From: Octopus sinensis
Lineage: Eukaryota
Assembly (NCBI RefSeq): GCF_006345805.1
Contig: NC_042997.1
Location: 80,476,001-80,540,000, forward strand
Length of the DNA stretch: 64,000 nt
Direction: 5' to 3'
The first letter of the stretch is position 1. Each line of letters starts with the position of its first letter. A program made the position numbers and the translations under genes. Shown here one piece after another: positions 1 through 14,048 of the stretch. Under the pieces are notes generated by a model that saw only the letters and a list, made by a program, of their open reading frames with translations, searched no databases and was not told where the DNA came from.

Positions 1-122
1 TACAGAAACTTATACAAACCCATGGCATGTACCCAAGGTTCTATTAACACATGCACATGTGTGCGTTTATCAAATAGTGTTTTTTTTACATTAATATGTG
101 TGTGTGTGCATGTGTAGCTGGT

Positions 123-161
<39 letters not shown>

Positions 162-204
162 CCATATCAGCATGGAAGGTGGACATATGATGATAATATA
201 AATG

Positions 205-332
205 CAGGCATGTTTTCTAGCTACATCATTTCAAGTTCAATCCAATGCACAGCATGTTTATCATCTAACATAGCCCCAAGCTGACCAAAGCCATACAAAT
301 GGGTTTGGTAGATGGAAACTGTAAGAAGCTTG

Positions 333-376
<44 letters not shown>

Positions 377-650
377 CCATATGCCCTCCTTGTATTGACA
401 TCATGTGATGGTTGTAAACGAGCATTGTCATCATACAAGTGATGTTGTTAGTTCCAGTTTTCCATGAAAAATACATCAGGCCACAGAGAAACTTTGCTTG
501 GAAAAATACAAGCCATGGGGAAATGTTGCTTGGAAACAAGAGCTGGGGATAGGAAAGGCATCTGACCATAAAATGAATTCTGTCTGACCCATGCCAACAT
601 GGGCAAGTGGTTGTTGGTCACAGTCAAATGAGTGAAACAAGTAAAAGAAT
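205..650 (+). mobile_element. Degenerate tRNA-derived SINE with internal (GT)n
   Basis: Shares 'gaccaaagcc...tttggtagatggaaactg.aagaagc' and the 3' end 'cagtcaaatga.tgaaacaagtaaaaga' with copies at 46515 and 45640. Confidence 0.7.
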
Positions 651-866
651 ATATGTATGTATCCACTCACATACATGCATGTATGTATGTATACACACAT
701 ATGTACCCACTCACATACATATACACCCCTCCCACATACACATATCCACTCAATATGCACATGTACACACAAACACACACATGCACATACATATATCCAC
801 TCACACACTTCCACATGTACACACACCCACTCATACAAGTACACACACATCCACTCACACACATGT

Positions 867-898
<32 letters not shown>

Positions 899-900
899 CA
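651..900. repeat. (CA)/(TA)-rich low-complexity microsatellite tract
   Basis: Visible directly; explains the His/Thr and Cys/Val ORFs. Confidence 0.9.
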
Positions 901-1162
901 AAGAGGGGATAATTTTATGAAAAAAATGAACTAAATCTGTACAATGACAGAAATTGGTCTTAATGCTTTTTACTCTAAAGACCTAATTTTAAAAAAGCAA
1001 TTCTTTTAAATGTTTTTTTTCTTTATGAGAAGAATGGTCACAAGCTAAAATAACAAAGCAAAGAAACAGAGAGGAGAAGCTCAACAACCAAATTAGAATA
1101 TTTCACAGTGCAAATTTTTTTTTTTTTAAAGGTATATTTTATACTACTGAAACAAAACTCAC

Positions 1163-1346
1163 CAAACACTTCAAAATATAAAACACTAGTCAGCATGCAA
1201 TGAACATCAATTGTCAAAGAGAATTTTCAAGAACGTTTTAAGAATCAAAATGGGCAATGAAAAATATATACAGTTTACATAATTTAAAAGTTGTAGACAT
1301 TTTGCAGTTAACTCCAGTGACAAAGTTGGTCATAGCTGTGCTAAAC
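1163..1346 (-). other. Candidate spliced exon, probably non-coding
   Basis: Minus strand tttcag|GTTTAGC...GTGTTTG|gtgagt; stops in all three frames. Confidence 0.3.
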
Positions 1347-4300
1347 CTGAAATTATTATTTAAATGAACATATTTTTCTTTATCTCACTTTTCTTGTTCA
1401 CTGAATGTGTAAAGAACAATTTAGTTGAAAATTAGGAATTGATTAAAAGATTGAACAAAGAAATCAGAAACATGAACAAAAGCAACTAAAAGAATGATAT
1501 ATGTAAAATCTATTGAAAAGATAATCAATTTTCAGAAGGAATAAGTCTAGATTTTTAACTGTAAATTTTACAAAATCATGACAGCAATAAAAAAAAAAAA
1601 ATTAAAAAAAAAAAATTTCTAATGGTATCCTAGTGTAGCATACAGCCAGTTAATAATTATAACAATAGAACTATAATGAAATGATAAGCCTGTATCTAAG
1701 AGATAAACAGGAAATGGAAATGGGTTATCCCTTATGAAATTGTGAATATTATGACAAGAGACTATTGTCGAGAAATAACAATGAATGTATTGAAATGAAA
1801 GAAGGAAAAACTGGTTCAATTTCCTGATAAGATAATAAAAAGAGGAAAGTAATATAAATGCCATCAATTCTCACAGTGCTAAAAGACACAAGACTTGTAC
1901 ACTGTTAAGACAACTAGGTATCATGTCAACTTTAATTGATACTTTCATTAGTGTTGTGAAATCAAGTGAGGAAATAAATTACAAATTCAAGCCTGATTTC
2001 AAGTTAGGTTGACCTTTTGGGTTTATAATATCTACATTCTATAACACACATTCTGAAAAATACAACAGCACCATTACAAAGAGATGTGAGAAAGCATATT
2101 GGATAAAAGCGATGAATGAAGCAAGCAGCCAGGGTTCTTCATGAGTACTACTGAAAATATTAGGTGTCAAATCATCTAGTTGAACTAGCTTAGATTTTGC
2201 CCAATTCAGTCCCATCATGATGCTACATAGCATTTGGGAGGTCAGCAAGCAACTTCATGTGACCATATAGAGCTGTTAAATAAAGGGTTTTTTTTCCTGC
2301 TTATTCATGATCATATCACCACATCAATGAAAGATTTAAATGCAATATCCAAAGTAAAACTTAATGATAAGAATAATCAGTAATTTATATCAGACAGCTA
2401 CATCTGCCAATCAATGATGTTAATTAAAAATCAACATTACCTTTATACACTGACTACATTTTCAAGTATAATAAGATCATGTGTTTTGATTAATTAATAT
2501 GCACACACAATCTGCCATAAGTAGAAATTACATTTTTAACTGCCAGAATGGTTCCAAATTTCAATTATTAAGGTCATCCCATTTGCAGTTTGTTTTAAAA
2601 GACTTTTAGGTTAAATGCTTTAGTCTGTCTAAGATAAAAAGTCAACTTCCACATAAGTAATTAGTCATTGAAAATCTAAAGATATACAAATAATATTAAA
2701 TGTATCTAGTCAGAAAATTTAAGAGAAATACCATTCAATATTGATCCATTAATGAATAATTCTACCGCAGTAAAATGTCAATTTTGCTACAACAAAAGTG
2801 AGACCAAACATCAAGAAAATTATTTTAGAAACAACTTTCTTTCATTAACTAAAACATAGCAATGCAACTTATCATCATAACAAAACTGTTTTCAATTATT
2901 GAAGAGAAAGCAAGCAAATTAATATATAATTCAAAGAACACCACAAGTAGTTATTGTTTAATGCATAAGTTTGGGGCTTAGGAATATCTTTCTTATGGTT
3001 AAAGTGAATATTTAATAGATGAATATTACAACAATGAAACCCAAGAAAACTAAATGAACTTCAAATATTTTTTTACATTTATTTTTATAATACCTGTTGT
3101 TTAATATAAATTCTGGCAATAACATATTGTCTCAATTGCTTGTCATTTTTTATTGATCATAGAGTTTATTGGGAAATAGCAACATTTTTAATGAAATTTT
3201 GATTCACAGAAGTACATAGATTTTCCAATTCTATACATTATTACCCATGATAAAATCAATAGCATAATGGTAAAATTTACAACAAATAAATAGATAAAAT
3301 AAAATAAATGAAAATATATTCAAATAGCAAAACATATGAGCAGTAAGAGGGGAGGGAATGGAAATATACAGAGAAAAAAAGAGAGAGAAATTTACAGGTA
3401 TTCTTTCATAAATGGAGCGAAGAGTGAAGTACTTGGAAGGGGGAAAGAATTTTGTTTTGTTTTCTTTTGACAAGATGCAAGGCCAGTTTTACTGAATAAA
3501 CCTTTGTATATGTATTAACAGTACTTGTTTTATCAACATTGTCAAGATGAAAAGATATCATAATCCCAGTAAAATTTGAACTACAAATGTTGGACTTTGT
3601 GTTAGACACTGTAAATTCAACTCACTACTGTCTGTGCAAATTTAAAATTTTCCTGCTACTACTGCTACAAAAACAACAATAATAGTTGTTTCTAACATAG
3701 GCACAAGGCTATAATTTTACATAAGAGGTCAGTGAATTAAAATTGCCTCAGAACATGACAGACACATATTATTAACCCAGAGGGATGAAAGACAAGGTTA
3801 ACCTTGGCTGGGTTTGCACCCAGAACATAAAGGGCTAAGCTGAAAGAAATACCTCATTGCATTTTGTCTAATGCTCCAAAGTTTTTGCAAATCCACTTCC
3901 AATATGATAATAATATTCTTTCCTAATTTAGATCATGTTCAAAAGGGAAACAGTAATAATCACTTCTCATAAGACTACTGTCTCGTGTTACACCATGATC
4001 TCAAGAAGAGAGGGGTCTTGCACAGAAAGAAAATTACCATAAAACAGTTACTGGGTAATTACAAATATATCTGGTAAAGAATAATGACAAACTAGTGCAC
4101 AAAGTAGCAAACATGGGAACAATAAACTTCTTTCCATCTTCAAGGAGATCAAAAGGTACAAAATAGTTGAAGAAGCTAGCATTTGTGAGAGGGGTAGAGA
4201 CTCTATGGGGAAAATTATGAGATTAAAAGAAAATTGAAATTGAAATTTCAAATACTTGTGGTAAATTAATATCGCAGAAAACTTCTACAAGGTCAGTACT

Positions 4301-5296
4301 CAGTATGTTAAATGAAAGCCCATGCAAAGACTAAGTTTCATCCAGTTTCAGAACTTAGGTTGAGTGATGCTTTGATTGCAGCACAAAACCTAGAAATGAG
4401 ATAAACTATCAAAAGTGTAACAGAGAATGGGAATAAGAAACTTCAGATTTATGGAAAAACAATGCATCCCAATGTATTATTTCTGGTTGTCAATTCTTAT
4501 TCAAAACTTATTACACATAGACATGACTAAGTTGAAAATACTAGAAACTGAGCATTTCAGAACCCATGACAAAATGCGTGTGTGTAGATCGACAGGCAGA
4601 TTGGTAGAAACGTTGAATTTTACAGTAAATAATATAGTAACTATGTGATGGAAAACTTCATTTCTCACTGACAAGTGAAATAAATGAAAATTACCTAGAT
4701 ACTAGTTTCAGGGGCTTTTGGGGGAAAACAGATGGTTCCTGAAAGCCATATCCTTTCTAGTGAATGACAGCTACACAAATGCAAATATTTGGAAATGCAG
4801 TGATATGCAACAGTAATAGTTTCAATCATAATAGGAGTGTAAGGAATGATAAAAGAAGACTAATGAAATAAGTAACTCACTCCCAGGTTTAACATATATA
4901 TCCCCAATGTACACTAAATACTAGGCACAGCATGTATGTTGTGCAGAGTGCTATTAAAACACTACGTAAAACACTCAGGAATGCAACAAAGAAAAAAAAG
5001 AGGCAAAGTAAATAGAGTGCTGAAATGAATACAAAGCTAATCAATTGTTTCTTAGATAAATAGGCAATCTCACTTAGAAAGAAAGTAAATGCCAGCAACT
5101 GAATAATTTAGTGACCTTGAAGGCACCGAAAAGGCTAATCAACTCCAGTAGAATTTGAATTCGTTGAAAGACCACAATGTATCCTATTGTCTAATGTCTT
5201 GAGCATTTTCATTACTCCCAAAATAATTATGATAATTACAAACTGTTAACAAGAAATAATAATAATAATAATAATAATAATCATCATCATCATTAA

Positions 5297-6147
5297 GGCA
5301 GCAAACTGGCAAACTTACATTTTCTTACATTTTGAGTTCAATTCCTGCCAAAGTCAATTTTACCTTTCATTCTTGGAGGTGGGAAGGGGAAGGCAATAAA
5401 ATTAGCTTCAGTTGAGTACAGGGACTGATGTAATTGGCTTGATCCCTTCCCAAAATTTCAGGATTTGTGTCCAAATTGGAGAGAATACAGGAAAAAAAAG
5501 GGTGGGGGCAGAATTGTTTAGCATGCTGGACAAAATGCTTACTGTTATTTCTTCCAGCTTTATGTTCTGAGTTCAAATTTTGCTGAGGTCAGTTTTACCT
5601 CTCATTCTTTCAAGGTCAATAAAATAAATGCCAATTGAGCAATGGGGTTGATGTAATTAACTAGGCCCCACCACCACAACCCAGGCCTTGTGCCTATAGT
5701 AGAAAGGATTCTTCTTCTTCTTCTCATTTGGTAGAATCATGAGCATGTCAGGTAAAATGCTTAGCAGCATTTCATCTATGTTCTCAGTTCAAATTCTGCC
5801 AAATTGACTTTGCCTTTCCTCCTTTTGGAGTTGATAAAGTGAGTACCAGTTGAACATTGGAATCGATGTAATCAACTGGTCCCCTCCCCCAAAATTTCAG
5901 GATTTGTGCCTTTATTATTATTATTATTATTAAGGCAGTGAGCTGGCAGAATTGTTAGCACATTGGGTAGAACGCTCAGCAGCATTTTGTCTGTCTTTAC
6001 ATTCTGAGTTCAAATTCTGCTGAAGTAAACTTTCCCTTCCATCCTTTCAGGGTCAACGAAATAAGTACCAGTTGAGCACTGGGGTTGATGTAAATGATTA
6101 ATCCCTCTCCCCCAAACTTACTGGCCTTGTGCCAAAATTTGAAACCT
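5297..6147 (+). mobile_element. Four head-to-tail copies of a tRNA SINE with a Nin-like domain
   Basis: Recurrent 'ttctgagttcaaatt.tgc...actttgcctttcatcc...aagtaccagttgagcactggggttgatgtaat' near 5297, 5500, 5728 and 5933; (TTC)n and (TTA)n tracts at the later junctions. Confidence 0.85.
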
Positions 6148-6454
6148 TTATCATTATTATTATTAGCAGTAGCAACAGTAGAATTAGTTGTTTCTTACAT
6201 CAACATAAACAGCATAATTTATTGAGTTAAGGTTACAAGTTGTGCACTCAGATTACTGAGATCTAACCATTACATAATGACATCAGCCAATGATTACAAT
6301 TAATTAACTTTAAAATAACAGTGCAATTTTCGACATTTTATTCTTTCTCATTGAAACCATTTTAGCTGGAAAATGTGTTTAAATAATGAAAAATATAAAA
6401 AAAGCTTCAGTTAATTGATCATTAAAACTATAACAAAACATCCTTTATATTTTT

Positions 6455-6782
6455 TTTTAGTCATTAGACTGTGGCCATACTGGGACACTGCCTTGAAAGG
6501 TTTTAATCAAACAAATTGACTATGCTACTTAGACTCTTATGCTGAACTGCCAAGTTACAGGGATATAAACAAACCAACACTGGTTGTCAAGCAGTGGTGG
6601 GGATAACCACAAAGACACACACAGCAGGCTCCTTTCAGTATCTGTCAACTAAATCTACTCACAGGGCTTTAGTCAGTCTAGGACTGTAGTAGAAGACTCT
6701 TGCGCAAGGTGTCACACAGTGGGACTGAACCCAATACTATAAGAACAGGAAGCAAACTTCTTACCAAACAGCCATACCTATG
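6455..6782 (-). mobile_element. tRNA-derived SINE (same family as 46515)
   Basis: Reverse complement of the 'aagaagcttgcttcc...gggttcagtcccactg...' body and 3' end. Confidence 0.8.
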
Positions 6783-7227
6783 CCAAATTTTATTTGGATT
6801 ACTTGAATTTTAAAATGTTTTGAACATAATATGTGATAAGTATATATGATTTATACTTAAAAATGGAAACTGGAGATTAAAAAAACAAAAATATAACATT
6901 CAATAAAGACCATAGCAAAGCCTAGGTTAGCAGACACCTGGTTAGAGGATTGGTGGAAATTCCTGTAGTTTTAATAGGAGTACACCAACAACTATTAAGA
7001 AGCTAGCATTCTAGTTTTGCTTTTATCAAGAGGGTAACTGTATAAACACCTCTTGCTTCAGTCATAACTTCCTTTGCACTCTTCTGGACATACCTGTCTT
7101 CCAGCAAAATGAATTATAAATCATACAGAGGAAAATTCTATGAATAAATTGTGTGTGTGTGTACACACACACACACATTATATTGTATTTGGGGCGAGCA
7201 ATTCTGTTTTAATGCCTTATTAATTAC

Positions 7228-8041
7228 ACACTCACTGGTTTAATTTCCACTCATTTACTTTTTCTAAAATTTTCATTGCTTCTTGCAACCTCTTCAATAG
7301 TCGTTGACTCTGTCCATTATTGGAGCTGTGTTCTTTCTGTTTGTTTGTTTGTGTGCACGTCTATACACATATGTATATGTGTGTGAGTGTGTTTGTGTGT
7401 GTGCTTCTGTCTCCTTGTGTGTGTCTATGTGTATGGGTTTGTGTGGCTATATGTGTCTGTTATGGGTGGATGTGTGTCTCCGTGTGTGTGTGTATATAGT
7501 CATGTGTTTCAGTCTTCTTTTGTGTATGTATGTATCTGTGTGTGTACCTATATACTTATCTATCAGTTTACTTATATATCCATTTACCTACTTATATATA
7601 AGTAGGTAAATGGATATGTAAGTAAACTGATAGATAAGTAGATAGATAATACATACAGACAAGCACACACATACATACATACATACACAAAAGAAGACTG
7701 AAACACACGGCCATATACACACACACAAGGACACACATCCATGCATAACAAATGCATGTACATAGTCACATAAACCCATACATATTGGAACACACAAACA
7801 TGAACACATGAATATGCAGAATACATACAAACGTACACACACACATACATATATAAATGCATAAACACACGCATATATACATACACACACACACATGTGT
7901 GTATACACATGTGCACAAACAAACAAATAAAAAGAACACAGCTCTGATAATGGACAGAGTCAGTGACTATTGAAGAGGTTACAAGAAGCAACGGAAATTT
8001 TATAAAAAAAGAAAAAAGAGTGGAAAAGAAACTTGTGAGTG
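7228..8041. repeat. About 810 bp spacerless imperfect palindrome, Penelope-pLTR-like
   Basis: Centre cctacttata|tataagtagg at 7596/7597; outer arms 'ctcttcaatagtcgttgactctgtccattat' and 'ataatggacagagtcagtgactattgaagag'. Confidence 0.85.
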
Positions 8042-9339
8042 CATGCACATACTCAATCTTCCACACAGTTGGTATTGACAGTAAATGGAGCAGCTGACCA
8101 GTGGAACATGTGCCTTCCTCAAAAAGTAGAGCAGTCAACTTGTCAAATGTAAACTATGCAAGGCAGGTAATAATAGATAACAGAGGTGATGTAGGTTTTT
8201 ATCACTTCTGCCCAACATAAGAATTGAACATAATCCATGTGTGTGATAAAGTGGAACCCTGCAAATAAGTGCCATGTAAACCAAGGAACAACTGTGTGTG
8301 TGCATCTTGCCGAAGTTTAGAATCCTACCCCTTTACACAGAAGTTTAAGCAAATTACATTTTCTGTATGAATATTATTACTGTCAAAATACAGAAATAAA
8401 GGAGAATATGAACAGCATTTATTGACAGATAAGAAGTAGAAAACAAAACATAATAGCTGGAGCGATATATATGAATTTCAATTAAACAAGAGAGATATGA
8501 AATATATTTAAAATTAAGTTATTTGTTTTGAAGATTATTTATTTTTTTCTTGCAAATGGGAAAGCAAGCTAGTTAAAAAATATTAATTTTGGCAGTAAGT
8601 AATGCAACATATAATTTTAATAATTTAATTACCATATCAATTTGAAAATGAAGTCAAATTCTGGGGCAGTTTTTTATTCCTCCACTTTTAATGAAACATT
8701 TGTTTTGCCTCAACAAGACTCTCGTTTATATTTGAGGTGTTACAATCTATATAATTATTAGCGATTGAAGTGGAGTTATTTCTACTTTAAATAATACACA
8801 TTATATTAGCTAATTGAATTAGATTTATTTTGCATTTCATATAGTTTATTGATATTAAACATTTTATATCAGGATTAGGTTTAATTCCACTCATTTTTTT
8901 TTTAATGCTCAGTAAAAAGCTCCATAATGTTTTAAATAACCAGTGCAGCTTTTAAGAATTTCTGCCTAATCAACGATTTGTTTTATAAAACAATAATTCA
9001 ACTAGTTTATCCTACCAAACAAGTATCATTAGTATGTGTGTGTGCACACGTGTAAAATGAAAAGGAACTAAGTGAAAACTAGTTAAAGGGAACAGGGAAT
9101 AGATTTGAATTACAAAGTCAACGAGAGAGAGAGAGAGAGTGTGTGTTAAATATCATACATAAATTCAGCAAAAATTATAAGCAACACTGATTGTGCCGGA
9201 GTGGGCTAGGGGAAGAATTTTAAAAAATTAAAGGTCTTTTACTTAATCCAGGCTTTCCATTTACAATGAGTAAAAAAGAATTTGATAGGGTACTTAGAGG
9301 GAGATGAACTATCTATTGATGACTAAATGTCTTAGTCAT

Positions 9340-9830
9340 AGACAGTGTAGTACTGGTGATAGTATATGAAACCAATAGTATTTCAGTTAGTTGCTTGGTA
9401 CATCTTCAAGCGGCCACAATGATGCTTTAGCATAAATCTCTAATCCCAGTTAGCTTAAGTAGACCCTCAATTTCAATGTTGTGTACATCTGTACATCTCT
9501 TTGCGAGTGCAATGGACTACATCCTTTGGTAAAATCTTGATCTCATCCAAGAAAAGGTCTCATCATGCAGGACAATATGTTAGCAGAGCATGCAACGCAT
9601 TGCCCGGACTTTGACATGCTGCTGATCTTCCTTTCAAGGTCCATTAGCTGTATGATGAACAAGAAATGTCAACATCTTTTGAAAAAGCTGAGGCAAAGAT
9701 AGTCTATTTCTTAATAGAACAAAGACTGAATGCATGTCCATCAGTGAAGATAAGTGACACCTGTTAATTTGCTCCAATGAAACTGAGTTCTGGAAGCACT
9801 GTGGGTTTCAACCACATGTAACAACAATAA
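9340..9830 (-). pseudogene. Highly decayed RTE-type RT C-terminal relic
   Basis: Only fragmentary similarity to the post-YLG region of RTE ORFs; many disruptions. Confidence 0.3.
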
Positions 9831-10299
9831 AATGTTTTCCACACCCTACCGCAACAAACCAAACTGCATCTCTCCTCTTCCTCACATTTCCTCTTTTCAT
9901 GTACTATGCTTATCACTTGCACCCCAATTCTGTCCTCACTGCCTTGCTCACTGTATCATTGCTATCCTGTTGTACCTCACCCCCTCTATATGCCCAGGTT
10001 TTTACCAGTCACTGCATACTCCACCTCCACACTCCTTACATTCATGTGAAGTTTCTACTCCCTACTCATGCACCTTGGCAATATCCCACCATTTATATTC
10101 TGACCCTGTATCTTTAGGGCATGCCCTTCCACTTTGCCACCACTTATCTCTCCTTGGCTCTTCGCTACCACCCCATTTATATTCTGATCCCTGTTACTTG
10201 TAAGCATGCTCTGACACTTTGCTACCATCTCTCTCCTGCTCTTTTCTTGGTTTCTTCCACTCTCTCTCTTCTTGTCCTATCCGTGACTGGTTGACCATA

Positions 10300-10745
10300 T
10301 TTTTCCTCTACAGTAGCACATCTGTTACTGGCCTTAATCTTGATCACTTCTCTCTCTCTCTCTCACCAGGTAACCTCTACAGCAAGACACCTGTTTCTGT
10401 CTCTCTGTCACACTCTAACCTTTCCTCATTTAGCACAAGATCACATCCTCCCATGCCACATTCCCTCTCAAAGGATCTTTGTCTTGCAAGTTACTTGGTA
10501 ACCCTGCCAGTGCTGGTGCCTTATGAAAAGCATCCAGCTGTAAAAAAAAACATGCCAAAACTGACCTCATCTGTGCTGGTGCCGTATAAAAAGCACTCAG
10601 TCCACTCTGCAGGGTGGTTGGTGTTAGGAAGGGCATCCAGCCAAAAAACCATACCAAAACAGACAGCAAAGCATGGTGCAGTATCCTTCTTAGCCAGCTC
10701 CTGTCAACCCATGCCAGCATGGAAAGTGGATGTAAAATAATGATG
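10300..10745 (+). mobile_element. Older RTE-related 3' end
   Basis: 'ggttggtgttaggaagggcatccagc...cccatgccagcatggaaa...taaaataatgatga' matches the 3' ends of the young RTEs; paralog at 17046. Confidence 0.75.
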
Positions 10746-10754
10746 AATAGTACA

Positions 10755-11010
10755 CAATTCATTGTCAATGACTTCAAGTACCTGGGATCCAATGTTGCTG
10801 ACAGTAAGCAAGACATTCTTACACATAAGGGATTTGCTTGGAGTGACTGTAACCAGTTTCAAAACATTCGGTATTCAAGTGTTTCAAGTCAACAAGGTTG
10901 GACTTCTTAAAGGCTTGTATGAGAGCATGATTCTCTAGAAAATCAAAACCTGTATTATTAAAGAGCTTCATGGTCACCTTGACAGTACATACTCCAGGTT
11001 TCTGTACCTC
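10755..11010 (+). pseudogene. RT fragment of a second RTE-type family
   Basis: IVNDFKYLGSNVADSKQDILTHKGFAW (RT domain 7 YLG motif plus downstream AW motif). Confidence 0.65.
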
Positions 11011-12230
11011 AGAACATAGCTACCTGTACTTTCACAGATTGATCTTGTGAATATTATATGTTTAATACAAACAGAACAACAACATATTTTTATTGATGTA
11101 ACAAGCATTCACAAAGAGTCAACATTACTGCTGTTGTAAATGTATAAATCCTTCATTAAAATCTCTAAAATGATATTAACTTATTTTTGTGTAATCTATA
11201 AAAGAACTCATTACTTATTTAGCATGATTTATCTACTGACCCATTAATTACTGTATTAATAAATCTATTCAGTGTGATATGAGAAAAAAAATTCTAGCTT
11301 CAAAAAAATTATCATAAAAAAAAAAACCCTCCAAATTCATCACCTGAAAGAATTTTTCTAATATTGAGGGAAAAAGGGAAGAATATTCCTATAAATATAT
11401 TTTAATAATAAACTTCAGTGGGTGTGTTGCATTATGTACTGTAGTATTTGACTAATAAAAGTTAAGAACATGGAAATAATTTATTGCCATATTAGGTTTC
11501 ACAGACGAACTCTAAGTATATAGAGTTGTGATATACTAATCAAATGAATCCAGTTACATTATATTTCACCTGTCTATAATCTATAATGAGGATTACTCAA
11601 AATGAAGCTAACAATAAATATTGTTTATTAATCACATAGTACGGAAATATTAAATTTTGGAAATCAATTCACCTTAGCTCGAACATAAAATTTTCACAGC
11701 ATTTTAAAAGTTCAGCATTTACTTAAAACTACTAATTAATGTGTAAATTGATACGGGGGAAGTTTGAGTGAAAATTGTAATTGAAAAATCTGCATCTAAA
11801 ACCATATACAAAATCAGTAATCTACTGGTTGTCTCTATATTTTAATTTGGTATCCTTTTAATACTGATTATATTTACAGAATTAGACATAAGACAATTAT
11901 CACTTGTAGTTCAAAGCAATTTTATATTCCTGAGAAGTGAGTAGGGAAAATTATTTAGTCAAACCCTCACTAGTTTTCCCTTTGTATTACCAAATAGATA
12001 ATAGTTCTTTCATAAAATTGACTCCTATTTCCAAAGTGAAATCTTGGTTGGATAAAAACTACATGATTTCTAGCAGGCTGATTTAGGTGGAAAAATGAAG
12101 TTTACTTTCTCTTTTGTTTCATTAATATTCATCCTTGATTGTAGACTCAGTTGACTGTTTCTATAATACAGTCAACTAAGCCTTTATACTTCAGGTTTAT
12201 CAAACATTTATTCATGATAACACTAATTAA

Positions 12231-12434
12231 CCTTTTAGCATTCAGATTACTCTGTCAAATTCTTATTTATTATCAGTTTGAATGAATCATGCATTATCTT
12301 GTAGCTTCGAGATTTTAATGATGTGTTTATTTTTAGAATGACATTGTAGAGTAGGTGTGAGAGACCCAATTTGGTTGATCTGAACATAAAACAGAAAATT
12401 TTGGCTAGGTTGGGCTAGTTAAAATGCTAAAGGG
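12231..12434. mobile_element. TTAA-type (piggyBac-like) MITE
   Basis: ttaa|ccttttagcatt...aatgctaaaggg|ttac terminal inverted repeats. Confidence 0.7.
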
Positions 12435-13219
12435 TTACACATGGTAATACGGAATAGAAATAAGATCATATAGTTTATTCTAAACATTATTATGCTTTGC
12501 AGAAAAGAATGGTGAAAGCCCAGCAGCAATGTTGATAAAAGGCAACAAATTTATCAAAATTTTTGGCATAAATGCACCAAAATAGTGAAACAATATGGAG
12601 ATAGTGAGTTATATTGAGATGAAAGCTTCAATTATCACAATGAAAATCTGAAATGAATATTAACAGAACTTTCAATTAACAGTCAGGACCACTGTTTTGA
12701 AGACTATCTTAGAAGTAAACACCTAATTTCAACAGTCATATTGATTTTCTATACAAACTTAGGATCTGTCTTTCAAATAGGATCATATTGATTTACTATA
12801 CAAATTTAGGACCTGTCTTTCAAATTCTAAAAAGGAATTGACACAAGGAGAGGTAATCAATGTGGTTTGTTGACTAAAGTTTAACTACATGACATATTTT
12901 TATGTAGTTTCATTCCTTTTGTGATTTGTGAAACATAGATCAATGTCATTTTCATCATCTAGATTCTGAATAAAAAGTAAAACTGTAGCTATTCTCTGGC
13001 ATTGATAATGAGACTAAGAATGTTGAAACTATGCAAATAAAGTTCAAGAATGCATATGGCATGAACATATTGAAGATAGCACTCACATAAACAGACACAT
13101 AATATCAGAATGATTGCAATTATCTTAACATTATCCAACTTGTATTAACATCCTAGCCTATCCCTGGTAGGATAATTTGGTTATAACACAAGTTAGGAAT
13201 GCTGATACATACATACATA

Positions 13220-13880
13220 CAGTATGTTCGGGCTAAATTTGATAAGGTTTTGCTTCCTTTTTCTTTCCCCTGGAAACAGAGTGATGTATTGTGAACAGTC
13301 AACAGCATTGGAGAGCATAAAAATTAAAGTTGTATTTGAGAAAAGTTAACAGACATAGAGGACTGTAAGCCATCCGAACATTAGAAAAGAATTTATCCGT
13401 ATCATAATGATTTGTACCAGGTATTGAAATGCCAACATCATGACTGCTACTTGAAGCTCTGTGAACACTGTAAAGGCTGTAAGTCAGGGTACGGACAGCT
13501 GCAATAGAGACTAAGAAACCATGGCCAGCAGGAAAGGACACAGCAGGCATTCTGACTGCATCTGCACACTGGATTTCATCCCCACATCCTTGAACAGGGC
13601 CTTAGGCTCACTTCAGAAGGCTATGTGAAACTGCTGGTGACTGATAAAAATCCTGACTAGAGAGGGTTGCTCCTGGAAGGCTATATGTGTAGCAGCAGGA
13701 TTTGGCTCCTTGCTATACCTCCACAAAGAGTCAGAAGTGATTCTTGGAGAATGTCTATGGCTTTACCAACCCTAATTTCTGGCTTCTTAATTTACCCTGA
13801 TTGTAATTCCATAGATTATTATGTGTGGGGGCATGGTTGGGAAAGACACCAACTACCTGTAACACCAAGGCTGAGCTGGT
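13220..13880 (+). pseudogene. Tc1/mariner (maT-like) transposase relic
   Basis: QQDLAPCYTSTKSQK*FLEN...NFW..(frameshift)PDCNSIDYYVWG matches QQD.AP.H...SPDLNP.DY..W. Confidence 0.75.
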
Positions 13881-13884
13881 GAGT

Positions 13885-14048
13885 ACACAGTACACACTGT
13901 AAAGTGGCTGGTGTTAGGAAGGGCACCCAGCCATAGAAATCAAGCTAAAACAGAATATGGAATCCTGGTGCAACCCCTGGCCTTGCCAGTTCCTGTCAAG
14001 CTATCTAATCCATGCTAGCAGGGAAAGTGAATGTTAAATGTTGACGAT
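13885..14048 (+). mobile_element. RTE 3'-end fragment
   Basis: 'gtgttaggaagggca.ccagc...catgctagcagggaaa...gttaaatg'. Confidence 0.75.

Noticed and set aside
476-934. Cys/Val- and His/Thr-rich ORFs (also at 7304-8138 and 45206-45746)
   Set aside because: Translations of dinucleotide microsatellites
8060-8330. Cys-rich peptide (LVKCKLCKAG; PCKPRNNCVCASC) as a host exon
   Set aside because: In-frame stops and no clear splice sites; at most a transposon relic
12737-12825. Tandem duplication of ~46 bp
   Set aside because: Ordinary local slippage, two copies only
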